NCBI GenBank assembly: GCA_046350735.1
Contig: JAXLZU010000001.1
Location: forward strand, 204,530-268,529
Source of the DNA: Candidatus Saccharimonadota bacterium
Lineage (GTDB): Bacteria > Patescibacteriota > Saccharimonadia > CAILAD01 > BJGX01
DNA length: 64,000 nucleotides
Direction: 5' to 3'
Shown: piece by piece, positions 47,336 to 56,915 of the stretch
How the letters are laid out: each line of letters opens with the position of its first letter
Numbering within the stretch: the stretch's first letter is position 1
Made by a program: the position numbers and the translations under genes
The notes under the pieces: model-generated
Told to the model about the DNA's origin: nothing
The model's input: the letters and a program-made list of their open reading frames with translations, nothing else
The model's database searches: none

Positions 47336-47414
47336 GAGCGAAAAAACGCTCCAAAAAGCACCATCCTGTGCTTAATAGGCACATCCACCTTAACAACCAA
47401 ATAGAGGAGAAACC

Positions 47415-49196
47415 ATGAAGGGTTTACAGAGTTATTTAACACTGTATAGAATGCTTGTACAACAAAATGGTGCCAAGCAGAACCTGACAAGACTAAAAAA
47501 GCTATCTATGCATGCATTTGTGTGGCTTATTTTGGTTGAATTTGTCGTGGTTGCTCAAATTTATCCTGTAAAATGGTTTATTGATGGCCTAACCGCCAAC
47601 CAAGATATGCAATACTTTGCTGCTTTGGCAGGTGTAATCTTTGCAGTATACCTATCAGGATCACTTCTGTATGCCAGAATGGATCACTTTCGGCTTTGGG
47701 CAATGTGGATGAACTTCTTAACCATTCTTGGATATTCGCATCAGCACTTGTTGTTGCTCGATACAGCCTGGCACGGCGAACACAGTACTGGAGAAAAAGA
47801 ATCTGTCTTAAGTAAAAACATTCGTAAGATAGATCGGTTAACGGACGAGCTAATTTTTCAGGCTCTACCCTCTGCCTTGCGTATTGTGTTTATCTCGTTT
47901 GGTGTTCTGCTAATTGGCTGGCAATATTCGCTTTTGGCAGTACTAACAACGCTTGGGTATTACCTGGCTGCAGCGCGTACAGAACGCCGATATGAGCCAT
48001 TACGACTAAAGGCGCACGAAGAAGATAAGGCTTTTAATCGTCGTGGTAGCGAGCAGATAAGTAATTGGCGCACAATTAAGCAGTTTGGCCTCGAGAGAAA
48101 GCAGAGCAGGCAATATATTCAGATGCTTGATGATTTTGTTGAGGCCGAACATTTGCGTTTTGATGTTTGGCTAAAAGACATTCGTATTCAGGATGCTATT
48201 GTATCGTCTAGCCGTGCAATGCTGTATTTGTTTATGGGCTTTCAGTTTGTAAACGGTAGAGTATCGATAGGCGAGATAGTACTTGCTACAGCATGGCTTG
48301 AGAAGATATATAGCAATCTGTATCAGTTTGTTCACTTTCAGCGTTACAAAAATGAGGGTGAAGAAGCGTTACATGAGCTTGCTGAGATGTTGAGTACAAA
48401 ACCACGTGTAGCTCAGAAAGAGAATGCTATAGAGATTGATGATATTAAAGGTAGAGTAACATTCGAAAATGTTAGCTTTGCTTACTCTGACGATAGTCAG
48501 CCGGTACTGCGTAATATCGATTTCGAAATCAAACCACACCAGACTGTTGCCCTCGTTGGCCCGTCTGGCTGTGGAAAATCTACTACTGTTAGTTTGGTTT
48601 TGCGTGAGCACGACCCTACATTTGGCCGTATCTTAATTGATGGCATACCTCTTACCGATATCGACTATGATTGGTTTCGACAAGAGGCAGTAGGTATTGT
48701 TGATCAAAACATCAAAATGTTCGAAACAACCATTGCCGAAAATATTCGACTTGGTTGCCCAAATGCTAGTGACGAAGAAGTTGTGGCAGCTGCTAAGAAG
48801 GCAGATATTCATAACTTTATTGTTAGTAAACCGAAGGGGTATCAAACCCTCGTTGGCGAGGACGGTATTCGTCTTAGTGGTGGGCAAAAACAACGTATTG
48901 CCATTGCTCGGGCGTTGGTAAAACAGCCATCACTGTTAATTCTCGATGAAGCCACGAGTAGTCTAGATGCTATTTCTCAGGCAGAAGTACAAAAGGCCAT
49001 TGATAGTCTGATTGCTGCCAGAGAATGTACTATCTTTATTATTGCTCATCGATTTTCTACTGTCGAAAGCACAGATATCGTCATTGTGCTTAACAATGGT
49101 GAGATAGAGGCTATGGGCTCGCATGAAGAAATGGAGTGTCAAAACGGTCTCTATAATATTCTTAAGAACCTCGAAAAAAATGGAGGCTTGGAATAG
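47415..49196 (+). CDS. ABC transporter, fused permease/ATPase (exporter, MsbA-like)
   Basis: Six N-terminal TMs, Walker A GPSGCGKST, signature LSGGQKQRIAIARAL, Walker B LILDEATS. Confidence 0.85.
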   Translation: MKGLQSYLTLYRMLVQQNGAKQNLTRLKKLSMHAFVWLILVEFVVVAQIYPVKWFIDGLTANQDMQYFAALAGVIFAVYLSGSLLYARMDHFRLWAMWMNFLTILGYSHQHLLLLDTAWHGEHSTGEKESVLSKNIRKIDRLTDELIFQALPSALRIVFISFGVLLIGWQYSLLAVLTTLGYYLAAARTERRYEPLRLKAHEEDKAFNRRGSEQISNWRTIKQFGLERKQSRQYIQMLDDFVEAEHLRFDVWLKDIRIQDAIVSSSRAMLYLFMGFQFVNGRVSIGEIVLATAWLEKIYSNLYQFVHFQRYKNEGEEALHELAEMLSTKPRVAQKENAIEIDDIKGRVTFENVSFAYSDDSQPVLRNIDFEIKPHQTVALVGPSGCGKSTTVSLVLREHDPTFGRILIDGIPLTDIDYDWFRQEAVGIVDQNIKMFETTIAENIRLGCPNASDEEVVAAAKKADIHNFIVSKPKGYQTLVGEDGIRLSGGQKQRIAIARALVKQPSLLILDEATSSLDAISQAEVQKAIDSLIAARECTIFIIAHRFSTVESTDIVIVLNNGEIEAMGSHEEMECQNGLYNILKNLEKNGGLE

Positions 49197-49205
49197 TTAC
49201 ATTTA

Positions 49206-49242
49206 GGCCCTACGTAAAGTAGGGCTTTTTCTTTGTTATAAT
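49206..49242 (+). promoter_or_regulatory. terminator hairpin (ggccctacgtaaagtagggc TTTTT) fused to an extended -10 (tgtTATAAT), 6 nt before the ATG
   Basis: Nearly identical to the module at 54555-54590. Confidence 0.5.
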
Positions 49243-49248
49243 AAGGTT

Positions 49249-49959
49249 ATGAATCGGCCTAAACAAATTATACTTGTCAGGCATGCTGAGAGTGCTCGTA
49301 ACAAAGCAAAATATGGCAAAGGAACAACGTATTTTGCCGATGAGTATGCCCGACGAGATATTAAAGGCATTCCAGACTATGAGATTCCGCTAACTAAAGA
49401 GGGTGAAGCCCATGCCGTAGCAACAGGTAAATATTTACGTGATAGGTTTGGAACATTTGATTATATTTATCACTCTGGCTACAAGCGTACAAAAGATACG
49501 CTTGAGAATATGTTGTTGGCGTATACCGACGAAGAACGCGAACAAATGAAAATACGACACGACGCTTTTATACGCGAGCGAGACCCGGGCTTCACATATG
49601 ATATGACAGAAGAAGAGGCAACTAAGGCGTTTCCGTGGCTACAAGAATACTGGGATACATATGGTGGATTTTTTGCCTACCCGCCCGGTGGAGAAAGTAT
49701 AGCCAAGATGACAGAGAGAGTGTATCAATTTATTGGTATGCTCTTCGATAGACGTGCTAATCAAAAAGTACTTATCGTTACTCATGGTGGAACCATTCGA
49801 GCGTTTAGATTTTTGCTAGAAAGGTGGAGTTACGAACGAGCAATTACATGGCCATCTGGTACAGAGCCGAAAAATTGTGGTATTACTGTTTATGACTACA
49901 ACACAGAAGAACATCGCTTGGTTTTAAGCGAATATAACACCGTGTGCCCAGAAGAATAA
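49249..49959 (+). CDS. histidine phosphatase family protein (phosphoglycerate-mutase-like)
   Basis: LVRHAESARN catalytic RH(G/A) motif plus a downstream His. Confidence 0.7.
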   Translation: MNRPKQIILVRHAESARNKAKYGKGTTYFADEYARRDIKGIPDYEIPLTKEGEAHAVATGKYLRDRFGTFDYIYHSGYKRTKDTLENMLLAYTDEEREQMKIRHDAFIRERDPGFTYDMTEEEATKAFPWLQEYWDTYGGFFAYPPGGESIAKMTERVYQFIGMLFDRRANQKVLIVTHGGTIRAFRFLLERWSYERAITWPSGTEPKNCGITVYDYNTEEHRLVLSEYNTVCPEE

Positions 49960-49993
49960 AAAAACCATCCACTATAATGGATGGCAAAACTCT

Positions 49994-50221
49994 TTATTGC
50001 TGCGTGTTGCTGACACTTCCTGAAAGGGGAGTATGCCCTTTGATGATGCTATCAATATCTATAATCTGCTGATGTGGCCGCATGGCCGAAGCGGCATTGG
50101 CTTCAGCACGTCGAGCCGCTGATTCATCGAATGGATTAACAAACCGGACAATATCGGCTAGATACCCAAATCGACGACGAGAACGAGATTGACTCGGGTC
50201 CTGATATATCTGAGAACTCAC
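49994..50221 (-). CDS. small hypothetical protein (antisense-oriented between two + strand genes)
   Basis: 75-aa ORF. The hairpin ccatccattatagtggatgg followed by T7 is correctly placed on the minus strand at 49960-49986. Confidence 0.3.
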   Translation of the reverse strand: MSSQIYQDPSQSRSRRRFGYLADIVRFVNPFDESAARRAEANAASAMRPHQQIIDIDSIIKGHTPLSGSVSNTQQ

Positions 50222-50356
50222 ACAGATCCTTTCTGGTTTGATAGGCTTTTGGGTACACTTCTGTTGTCAGAAGAAGATTACGATTTTAGCTTATCTATAG
50301 TTATTTGTCAATACTATTTTTGGCACCTGGGCGTAAAAACAAGTATCATAATAAGC

Positions 50357-52195
50357 ATGAGAGTTTTAAAAAGTGCCTGGCTCAAAAAATATGGTTGGCT
50401 AAGTTTTGTAAGTGTTGGGCTACTTTTCTGTCTGGCCTTATACTTATCAGGTAATACCAAATTGTCAGAAATAGGTATTATTAGTATTTGTCTTATTGGT
50501 ACTATACCTGAGGCCGTGGATATTGTTCATGATATACTGCATCGTCAGTTTGGTGTAGACATTATTGCGCTAGTGGCAGTTTTGGCTTCACTAGCACTGC
50601 ATGAGTATGCTGCTGCTGGAGTGATTTTATTGATGTTTACCGGCGGCAGAGCACTCGAAGAGTATGCAAAATCTCGTGCTCAAAAAGAACTGAGTGATTT
50701 ATTAAAGCGCAAACCTAAGCTGGCTCATATAAAACATGCGGGCGAATTTGTCGATATTGCAGCCACTAAGGTTCGCCCAGGCGACAACTTACTTATAAAA
50801 CCAGGCGAGACTGTACCGGTAGATGCACTAATCTTGCAAGAACATAGTAGCTTTGATGAATCTGCTATAACAGGCGAAAGTTTGCCACAAGCTAAATCAC
50901 CCGGGCAAGAAGTAGTGTCGGGCAGCATTAACCAGGATAGTGCAGTAATAGTAAGAGCCTTACGAACAACCGGGCAGAGTCAGTACGAGCAGATTATTGA
51001 TCTAGTGAAGGCTGCTGCCAGCTCAAAATCACCGCTTGTCCGTGTGGCAGACCGTTATAGTGTACCGTTTACAATCGTTACCTTTGGTTTGGCAGGCCTT
51101 GCCTGGCTAGCAAGTGGTAACCCAGTTAATGCTTTGGCGGTTTTAGTAGTTGCAACGCCATGCCCACTCCTTATTGCTACCCCAGTAGCGATTGTCTCAG
51201 GTATGAGTCGTGCAGCTCATGCCGGTATTATTATTAAAGATGGTGCCAGTCTTGAGAGTTTGGCAATGCTAAAAATACTTGCTTTTGACAAGACAGGTAC
51301 TCTTACGCAAAATCTTCCATCAATAGACAAGATTACTACTAATGGAGTAACCGAGCAGCAGTTATTACAGTTGGTGGCATCTATCGAAACGGGTAGTGCG
51401 CACACATTAGCCAAAACTATCGTCAACAAGGCACACTCGCTTAAGATAAAGCTTTTACCGGTACACGAGATTCACGAAGAAGTTGGCTATGGTATTTCGG
51501 CTATGGTAGGGAAAAGTCGAATATTGGTAGGCAAACATGAATATCTAACTCATCATGGTATTACGCTACCCAATAATAAGAATATTGCTCAGACTACTGT
51601 ACTGGTGGCACGAGGCCATACCTATATTGGTTCGATTAGTTTTATCGACCCAATTCGTAGTGATAGCAAAACAACCTTACAGCGTTTAAAACAGTTGGGC
51701 ATTCGGCAAACCTTAATGCTTACTGGGGATAAGTCAGAAGTAGCAATTAAGATTGCTCATCAGCTTGGTATTACTGATGTTCATGCAGGGTTGCTACCAG
51801 AAGATAAGCTAAAGGTAGTAGAGAAACATCGTCGAGAAGGGCAAATGATAGGTATGGTAGGCGACGGGGTAAATGATGCACCGGTGCTAGCAGCAGCTGA
51901 TGTAGGTATTGCACTTGGTGCAAAGGGCTCAACTGCCGCAAGCGAGTCTGCCGACGTAGTAATTATGCTCAACAACTTTACCAGGGTAGCGGCAGCTATA
52001 GCAATTGCCAAGCGAACACTAAAAATTGCCAAGCAAAGTATATTTGTGGGTATTGGTCTTAGTTTTGTACTAATGATATTTGCAGCATTTGGTAAGATCC
52101 CCCCACTATATGGTGCACTACTGCAAGAAGTGGTAGATGTTGCAGTTATTCTCAATGCTTTGCGCGCATTAATACCACATAAGGAGATTCTCTAA
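50357..52195 (+). CDS. P-type cation-transporting ATPase (P1B-like; no N-terminal metal-binding domain)
   Basis: DKTGTLT phosphorylation site, GDGVNDAP, and TM6 motif ATPCPL. Start placed at the internal ATG 50357 (MRVLKSAW). Confidence 0.8.
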   Translation: MRVLKSAWLKKYGWLSFVSVGLLFCLALYLSGNTKLSEIGIISICLIGTIPEAVDIVHDILHRQFGVDIIALVAVLASLALHEYAAAGVILLMFTGGRALEEYAKSRAQKELSDLLKRKPKLAHIKHAGEFVDIAATKVRPGDNLLIKPGETVPVDALILQEHSSFDESAITGESLPQAKSPGQEVVSGSINQDSAVIVRALRTTGQSQYEQIIDLVKAAASSKSPLVRVADRYSVPFTIVTFGLAGLAWLASGNPVNALAVLVVATPCPLLIATPVAIVSGMSRAAHAGIIIKDGASLESLAMLKILAFDKTGTLTQNLPSIDKITTNGVTEQQLLQLVASIETGSAHTLAKTIVNKAHSLKIKLLPVHEIHEEVGYGISAMVGKSRILVGKHEYLTHHGITLPNNKNIAQTTVLVARGHTYIGSISFIDPIRSDSKTTLQRLKQLGIRQTLMLTGDKSEVAIKIAHQLGITDVHAGLLPEDKLKVVEKHRREGQMIGMVGDGVNDAPVLAAADVGIALGAKGSTAASESADVVIMLNNFTRVAAAIAIAKRTLKIAKQSIFVGIGLSFVLMIFAAFGKIPPLYGALLQEVVDVAVILNALRALIPHKEIL

Positions 52196-52295
52196 GATAC
52201 CAATCTACGTCAATACGCTTGTGCTTTTTATCTAATAGGCGAATAATAAGAGTAAATAAGAACAAAAAGTAATATATGAAAGGATAAGAAGTGTT

Positions 52296-52706
52296 ATGTG
52301 GAATTTTTTAGCAATGTATTGGAAAGGCATTGGCCTGGCCACAATAGCCGCAATGATTGTTGGTTTTGTGTGGTATGCCAAGCCGGTATTTGGCAAAAAA
52401 TGGCAAGAGCTTGTGGGGCTAAAAGACAAAGATATGAAGCAAGGGATGTTTTTGCCGATGCTAATTATGTTGTTGGTAGTATTTATTACTGCCTGTGTGT
52501 TAATGCGCTTTATTGTTATTGCCAACCCAACAAGTTATGTACAGGCAATTAAACTTGCCATTTGGGTTTGGCTAGGTTTTGTGGCTACCTATGCTATAGG
52601 TGGAGGTATGTTTGAAAAGCGCCCACCCTTACTTATAGCTATTAATATTGCCAACAGCTTAGTAACACTTGTTGTAATGGCTACTATTCTCTACGCCCTG
52701 CAATAA
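52296..52706 (+). CDS. DUF1761-like small membrane protein
   Basis: 136 aa, 4 TMs. Confidence 0.45.
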   Translation: MWNFLAMYWKGIGLATIAAMIVGFVWYAKPVFGKKWQELVGLKDKDMKQGMFLPMLIMLLVVFITACVLMRFIVIANPTSYVQAIKLAIWVWLGFVATYAIGGGMFEKRPPLLIAINIANSLVTLVVMATILYALQ

Positions 52707-52740
52707 CTATTTATTTGCATACAGTGTAGTATAAAATTAT

Positions 52741-52998
52741 ATGAATTCATTTACCGATTCGGTATATAGAGTAGTGCAATCTATTCCTGAAGGCAAAACT
52801 ATGACGTATAAAGAGGTGGCTATTGCTGCTGGTAGTCCTAAGGCTTTTCGGGCAGTGGGTAATATACTTAATAAAAATTACAACCCCAGTATTCCTTGCC
52901 ACAGAGTAATACGGTCTGACGGTAATACTGGTGGATACAATCGTGGCGCAGCAAAAAAGGCTAGGCTGTTGCATGCAGAAAAATTCGCAAATCAATAA
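52741..52998 (+). CDS. MGMT-family protein (O6-alkylguanine DNA alkyltransferase DNA-binding domain, Ogt/Atl-like)
   Basis: Active-site motif IPCHRVI; 85 aa (C-terminal domain only). Confidence 0.75.
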   Translation: MNSFTDSVYRVVQSIPEGKTMTYKEVAIAAGSPKAFRAVGNILNKNYNPSIPCHRVIRSDGNTGGYNRGAAKKARLLHAEKFANQ

Positions 52999-53140
52999 AA
53001 AACATAAGCAATTTTCAGCTGTCTCTCAGTTTGGTATTTTATGCTATCTATAGCTCGAAAAAACATAGAGACAAACAAAAAAATGTGTTGACGAGCGGTG
53101 TATAATAAAAAGCGTAAGCATAGAGGGGAGGTGAGGAGCT

Positions 53141-53311
53141 ATGAAAAGCCACGCACGAGTTATGCGACGTATCCGGCGCATGCCACAAAACTTGTTGCGC
53201 GACCGCCAGATAGTAGAAGACATCTTAGATGAGATGGCTACTAAATGGGCCCGCAAAGCAGAACGTTTGCAGCACAAAGCTGTAGGACACATGCAGACAA
53301 AGACGAAGTAG
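53141..53311 (+). CDS. small basic hypothetical protein (56 aa)
   Basis: Strong SD ggaggtgagga 6 nt upstream, and a hairpin terminator after the stop. Not in the ORF track because it is under 60 aa. Confidence 0.35.
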   Translation: MKSHARVMRRIRRMPQNLLRDRQIVEDILDEMATKWARKAERLQHKAVGHMQTKTK

Positions 53312-53492
53312 CACCAGCAAATAGAAAGGCAAAAGTTTTGGGAAAAATAAACGTCTGACACGCAGATGAGTGTTTTAATCGCTCGTCTGCGTGTGCTGTT
53401 TATCCTCATAGCAAATGCCTTTTTTTATTGTAAAACATTATTAAATAGACTAGTATATAGACCATCTTGTACCTCTAAAGAAAGGTAGCAAC

Positions 53493-53705
53493 ATGTCGGT
53501 AGTTGCAATTGGTGGTGTTCGGTATGCACTTGCGTGGCAAGAAATTTGTGAGCATGTAAGCCGAGAAGATCTTCTCGGCTTAAAAGATCTTGATGAGGCT
53601 GATTTTGTTGGTGCGATTATTGGATTACTTGTGGAGAGGGGCTATGAGCCTGACGATGCAGTACAGCTACTCACACGGGCTTGTCTGCTTGAGGGAGATG
53701 ACTGA
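53493..53705 (+). CDS. small acidic hypothetical protein
   Basis: 70 aa. Its stop overlaps the next start (TGATG), so it is translationally coupled to 53705. Confidence 0.4.
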   Translation: MSVVAIGGVRYALAWQEICEHVSREDLLGLKDLDEADFVGAIIGLLVERGYEPDDAVQLLTRACLLEGDD

Positions 53706-54019
53706 TGCGTATCGGTACCAGCAAGTTAAGATTCCGTAGTCCAATCGCTACTGAAAGAGTTGGTAGAAAGCCCATAAAGTACCCCTCGCTTAATCAATGG
53801 ACCATCTATAAAGTTACCGCTGTTCTTCAAGTAATAACATCGATAGGGTGTATTGTGTGGTTAATAATGGGTTTGCGTGGGGTGGAAACCTCTATACCGT
53901 TATACTTTATTTTCATTATGGCTTTACAGGGGTTTGGTGTTCCTTACAGTCTGTCATTGCATAAGCAAGAAATATCTAGAAGAATGTATTTATATCCAAT
54001 GCGCGAATATGGCTCCTGA
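53705..54019 (+). CDS. small hypothetical membrane protein (2 TM)
   Basis: 104 aa; coupled to the upstream ORF. Confidence 0.4.
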   Translation: MRIGTSKLRFRSPIATERVGRKPIKYPSLNQWTIYKVTAVLQVITSIGCIVWLIMGLRGVETSIPLYFIFIMALQGFGVPYSLSLHKQEISRRMYLYPMREYGS

Positions 54020-54123
54020 TTAACCAGGAGTTTTTTCTTTTTAAATATAATTGATAGGCTTCTTTTAAAAAGTATATTACAATAATTGAGAAAATTTGTT
54101 CCTTCTAGACAAGAGAGGCAAGT

Positions 54124-54561
54124 ATGTTAAAGCGGCTAATATTTGCTTGGCATAGCTGGATGGATATGCCACTAGAATCTCCACAATGGTATTTAGATAA
54201 AATAGAGGGCGAAATTACAGAGCTAGCAGATGCGAGAGGATGTTGGGCTCGTCTAAGTGAGAAGGGCGATGTTCTCTACAGCTATAGCAGAGCAGAGTTT
54301 GATGGTATATCAGTTCTAGGTACTTATCACGCATATCTACATCTATATATAGCTTTATATATGGTTATAAAACTAACGTTACGCAGACTGTATTATAAAA
54401 GAGTTGGTGCGCGTATGGACCCACCAAAAGATATGAAAGCTTTGAGAAATCCTCAAAAGGATGACAATCTACGTAGTCTAGCAGTTAAACATGGATATGA
54501 TGAAATAATTTTTCTAAATACCGCCAAAAAAATTAGAAGTAGATGGTTATTTTTACCCTAG
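54124..54561 (+). CDS. hypothetical protein
   Basis: 145-aa ORF with no recognisable motif. Confidence 0.4.
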   Translation: MLKRLIFAWHSWMDMPLESPQWYLDKIEGEITELADARGCWARLSEKGDVLYSYSRAEFDGISVLGTYHAYLHLYIALYMVIKLTLRRLYYKRVGARMDPPKDMKALRNPQKDDNLRSLAVKHGYDEIIFLNTAKKIRSRWLFLP

Positions 54562-54590
54562 CGTTGCTAGGGTTTTTTCTTTGCTATAAT
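54555..54590 (+). promoter_or_regulatory. terminator hairpin (accctagcgttgctagggt TTTTTT) fused to an extended -10 (tgcTATAAT) before xth
   Basis: Nearly identical to the module at 49206-49242. Confidence 0.5.
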
Positions 54591-54596
54591 AAAGTT

Positions 54597-55394
54597 ATGA
54601 CTACATTATTTTCTTGGAACGTTAATGGCATACGTGCTGTTATAAAAAAAGGTGAGTTTCAGAAATTTATCAAAGAATACAAACCCGATATTTTGTGTTT
54701 GCAAGAAACCAAAGCCAAGCAAGGTCAGGCAGAAATAGATTTGCCAGAATATAAAGAATACTGGAACTCTGCCGAGAAGGCGGGCTATAGTGGTACGGCC
54801 ATCTTTACCAAAATCGAGCCAGTCTCTGTAACAAACGGCTTGCCAGAAGATATTGTACAAAAATACGATATGGAAGACGACTATGGCCATCCTAACAAAG
54901 AAGGTAGAGTACTTACGGCCGAGTTTGATGCGTTTTATGTTGTGACGGTATATACTCCAAATGCCAAAGACGATCTTAGTCGAGTAGCATTACGACACAA
55001 ACAGTGGGACCCTGCATTTTTAGAATACTGTAAGAGTCTCGAAAAGAAAAAACCGGTATTATTCTGCGGAGATCTTAATGTGGCGCATACCGAAGATGAT
55101 TTAGCCCGACCAAAACCGAATATTGGCAAAAAAGGTTTTACTAATGAAGAAAGAGAAGGTTTTGAGAATTTTATTAACGCTGGGTTTGTTGATACCTTAC
55201 GGATGTTTGTAAAGGGGAATGGCTACTATACCTGGTGGACCCACTGGGCAAATGCCAGAGCAAATAATGTTGGTTGGCGTATAGATTATTGGTTGGTGTC
55301 AAAAAGTTTTAAAAACCACGTAAAACAAGCCGAAATTCACCCAGAACAGATGGGGTCTGATCATTGCCCGGTATCTATAACCCTCGACATATAG
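54597..55394 (+). CDS. xth: exodeoxyribonuclease III (AP endonuclease)
   Basis: FSWNVNGIRA...LCLQETK EEP-fold N-terminus and C-terminal SDHCP. Start at the internal ATG 54597. Confidence 0.9.
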   Translation: MTTLFSWNVNGIRAVIKKGEFQKFIKEYKPDILCLQETKAKQGQAEIDLPEYKEYWNSAEKAGYSGTAIFTKIEPVSVTNGLPEDIVQKYDMEDDYGHPNKEGRVLTAEFDAFYVVTVYTPNAKDDLSRVALRHKQWDPAFLEYCKSLEKKKPVLFCGDLNVAHTEDDLARPKPNIGKKGFTNEEREGFENFINAGFVDTLRMFVKGNGYYTWWTHWANARANNVGWRIDYWLVSKSFKNHVKQAEIHPEQMGSDHCPVSITLDI

Positions 55395-55575
55395 CATCTG
55401 AAACCTAGAAATAGCGACTTACATCGTTGTAATTTCTAAGTCTCACTCGATGTAGGTTTGCTACACCTCGTTTCGAGTTTCAATTACGCCTTGTAATTCA
55501 TCTATTTCTAGGCTTCAGCAAAGATACGGTCTGGGCTTGAATATCTTGTAAATATCAGGTATACTATTCAACATT

Positions 55576-55749
55576 ATGTCTAAGAAAACACTCGAACAAA
55601 TTGTGGTAATGAAAAACAAAGCCACCGGTAGCCGTTATTACACCCGTAAAAACCCCAAAAACACTACCGACAAGCTCGAACTCAAGAAATTCGACCCTAA
55701 AACTCGTAAGGTCGAAACTTTTACCGAAGTAAAAGCCAAACTAAAATAG
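55576..55749 (+). CDS. rpmG: 50S ribosomal protein L33 (zinc-less type)
   Basis: ...YYTRKNPKNTTDKLELKKFDPKTRKVETFTEVK (57 aa). Below the ORF-track cutoff. Confidence 0.8.
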   Translation: MSKKTLEQIVVMKNKATGSRYYTRKNPKNTTDKLELKKFDPKTRKVETFTEVKAKLK

Positions 55750-55795
55750 GGTTTAGTTACTAGACTCTCTTTTCTAACCTTGCTACAATCATAAG

Positions 55796-56476
55796 ATGAA
55801 GAAACAGGGGATTAAAAAGTATTTGCCAACAATTCTTATTGTGGCAGTAATAGTAATAGTAATTGGCTTCGTGGTGTACGCTATGACGCGCTCTGATAGC
55901 TCGAGCACAACAGCTACTCAGCCGGCTACTGCAGAAGATGTAGCAGCAATTAGCCAAGGTCATACCACTGGTAATGCCAATGCCAAAGTAGTGGTGACTG
56001 AGTTTGGTGATTATCAATGTCCTGTCTGTGGCACCTGGTACCCATATCTACACAACACATTCTTACCGCTTTACCAAGACAAAGTAGCATTTGTATTTAA
56101 AAATTTTCCGCTTACCCAAGTGCATAAAAATGCTCAGATATCAGCTCAAGCTGCAGAAGCTGCAGGGCTACAAGGAAAGTTCTGGGAGATGCATAACAAG
56201 CTCTACGAAACTCAGACTGAATGGAGCGATCAAAGCGACCCTACTGGCAAATTTGCCGATTATGCAGGGCAAATAGGTATTAATGTTAATCAGTTTAAAT
56301 CAGACCTAAATAGTCAAAAAGTAAAAGACATTGTGCAAAAAGATGCCGACTTGGCAACTAAGCTGAATATTCAGGGTACACCAACCTTCTTTATTAATGG
56401 TAATCAGGTAACAATTAAAACAGGTTTTGAAGACCTAAAGAATGCCGTCGACCAAGCACTGGCCCAAACAAAATAG
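55796..56476 (+). CDS. DsbA-like thiol:disulfide oxidoreductase, membrane-anchored
   Basis: N-terminal TM and the thioredoxin-fold active site CPVC (GDYQCPVCGTW). Confidence 0.8.
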   Translation: MKKQGIKKYLPTILIVAVIVIVIGFVVYAMTRSDSSSTTATQPATAEDVAAISQGHTTGNANAKVVVTEFGDYQCPVCGTWYPYLHNTFLPLYQDKVAFVFKNFPLTQVHKNAQISAQAAEAAGLQGKFWEMHNKLYETQTEWSDQSDPTGKFADYAGQIGINVNQFKSDLNSQKVKDIVQKDADLATKLNIQGTPTFFINGNQVTIKTGFEDLKNAVDQALAQTK

Positions 56477-56915
56477 TTCACTCCTGTGGCTACTTGCTGC
56501 TATAAGTGCGGTTGGGCTAACTGATGCACTGTATTTAACTATTACTCATTACACTAAAGCACTGGTACCGTGTAACTTTTCGCATGGCTGCGAAACAGTT
56601 TTAAAGAGTCAATATGCAGAAATATTTGGTATACCCGTTGCTGCACTTGGTGTTGTGTTTTATTTCACTACTTTAGTGGTGGCAATATTTTTTGCTAATC
56701 ATCATCATTATCATTGGTTGTTGAGTATTTGGGGGCTTATTGGTTTTATATCAACTCTGTATCTATTCTACATTCAAGCATTTGTTTTACATGCATTTTG
56801 CCAGTATTGCTTGCTCTCGGCCCTCACATCAACCCTTACGTTTGGCATTACAACTCTGTTATACTTTATTAATAAGCATAAGGAGGACTCGGCACATGAC
56901 AACAACTCAATCTGA
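56442..56915 (+). CDS. vitamin K epoxide reductase (VKOR) family protein
   Basis: Four TMs, a loop Cys pair (C..HGC) and the active-site CQYC near TM4. Adjacent to dsbA. Confidence 0.65.
   Translation: MPSTKHWPKQNSSLLWLLAAISAVGLTDALYLTITHYTKALVPCNFSHGCETVLKSQYAEIFGIPVAALGVVFYFTTLVVAIFFANHHHYHWLLSIWGLIGFISTLYLFYIQAFVLHAFCQYCLLSALTSTLTFGITTLLYFINKHKEDSAHDNNSI

Noticed and set aside
50189-50356. Upstream extension of the P-type ATPase ORF (start at 50189)
   Set aside because: The 56-codon extension has no TM or metal-binding motif, and the minus-strand small gene terminates in this region. The internal ATG at 50357 gives a canonical N-terminus.
53044-53409. Minus-strand 121-aa ORF opposite the 56-aa SD-preceded ORF
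   Set aside because: Cys/Arg-rich junk translation with no RBS. The plus-strand small ORF has a strong SD and a terminator.
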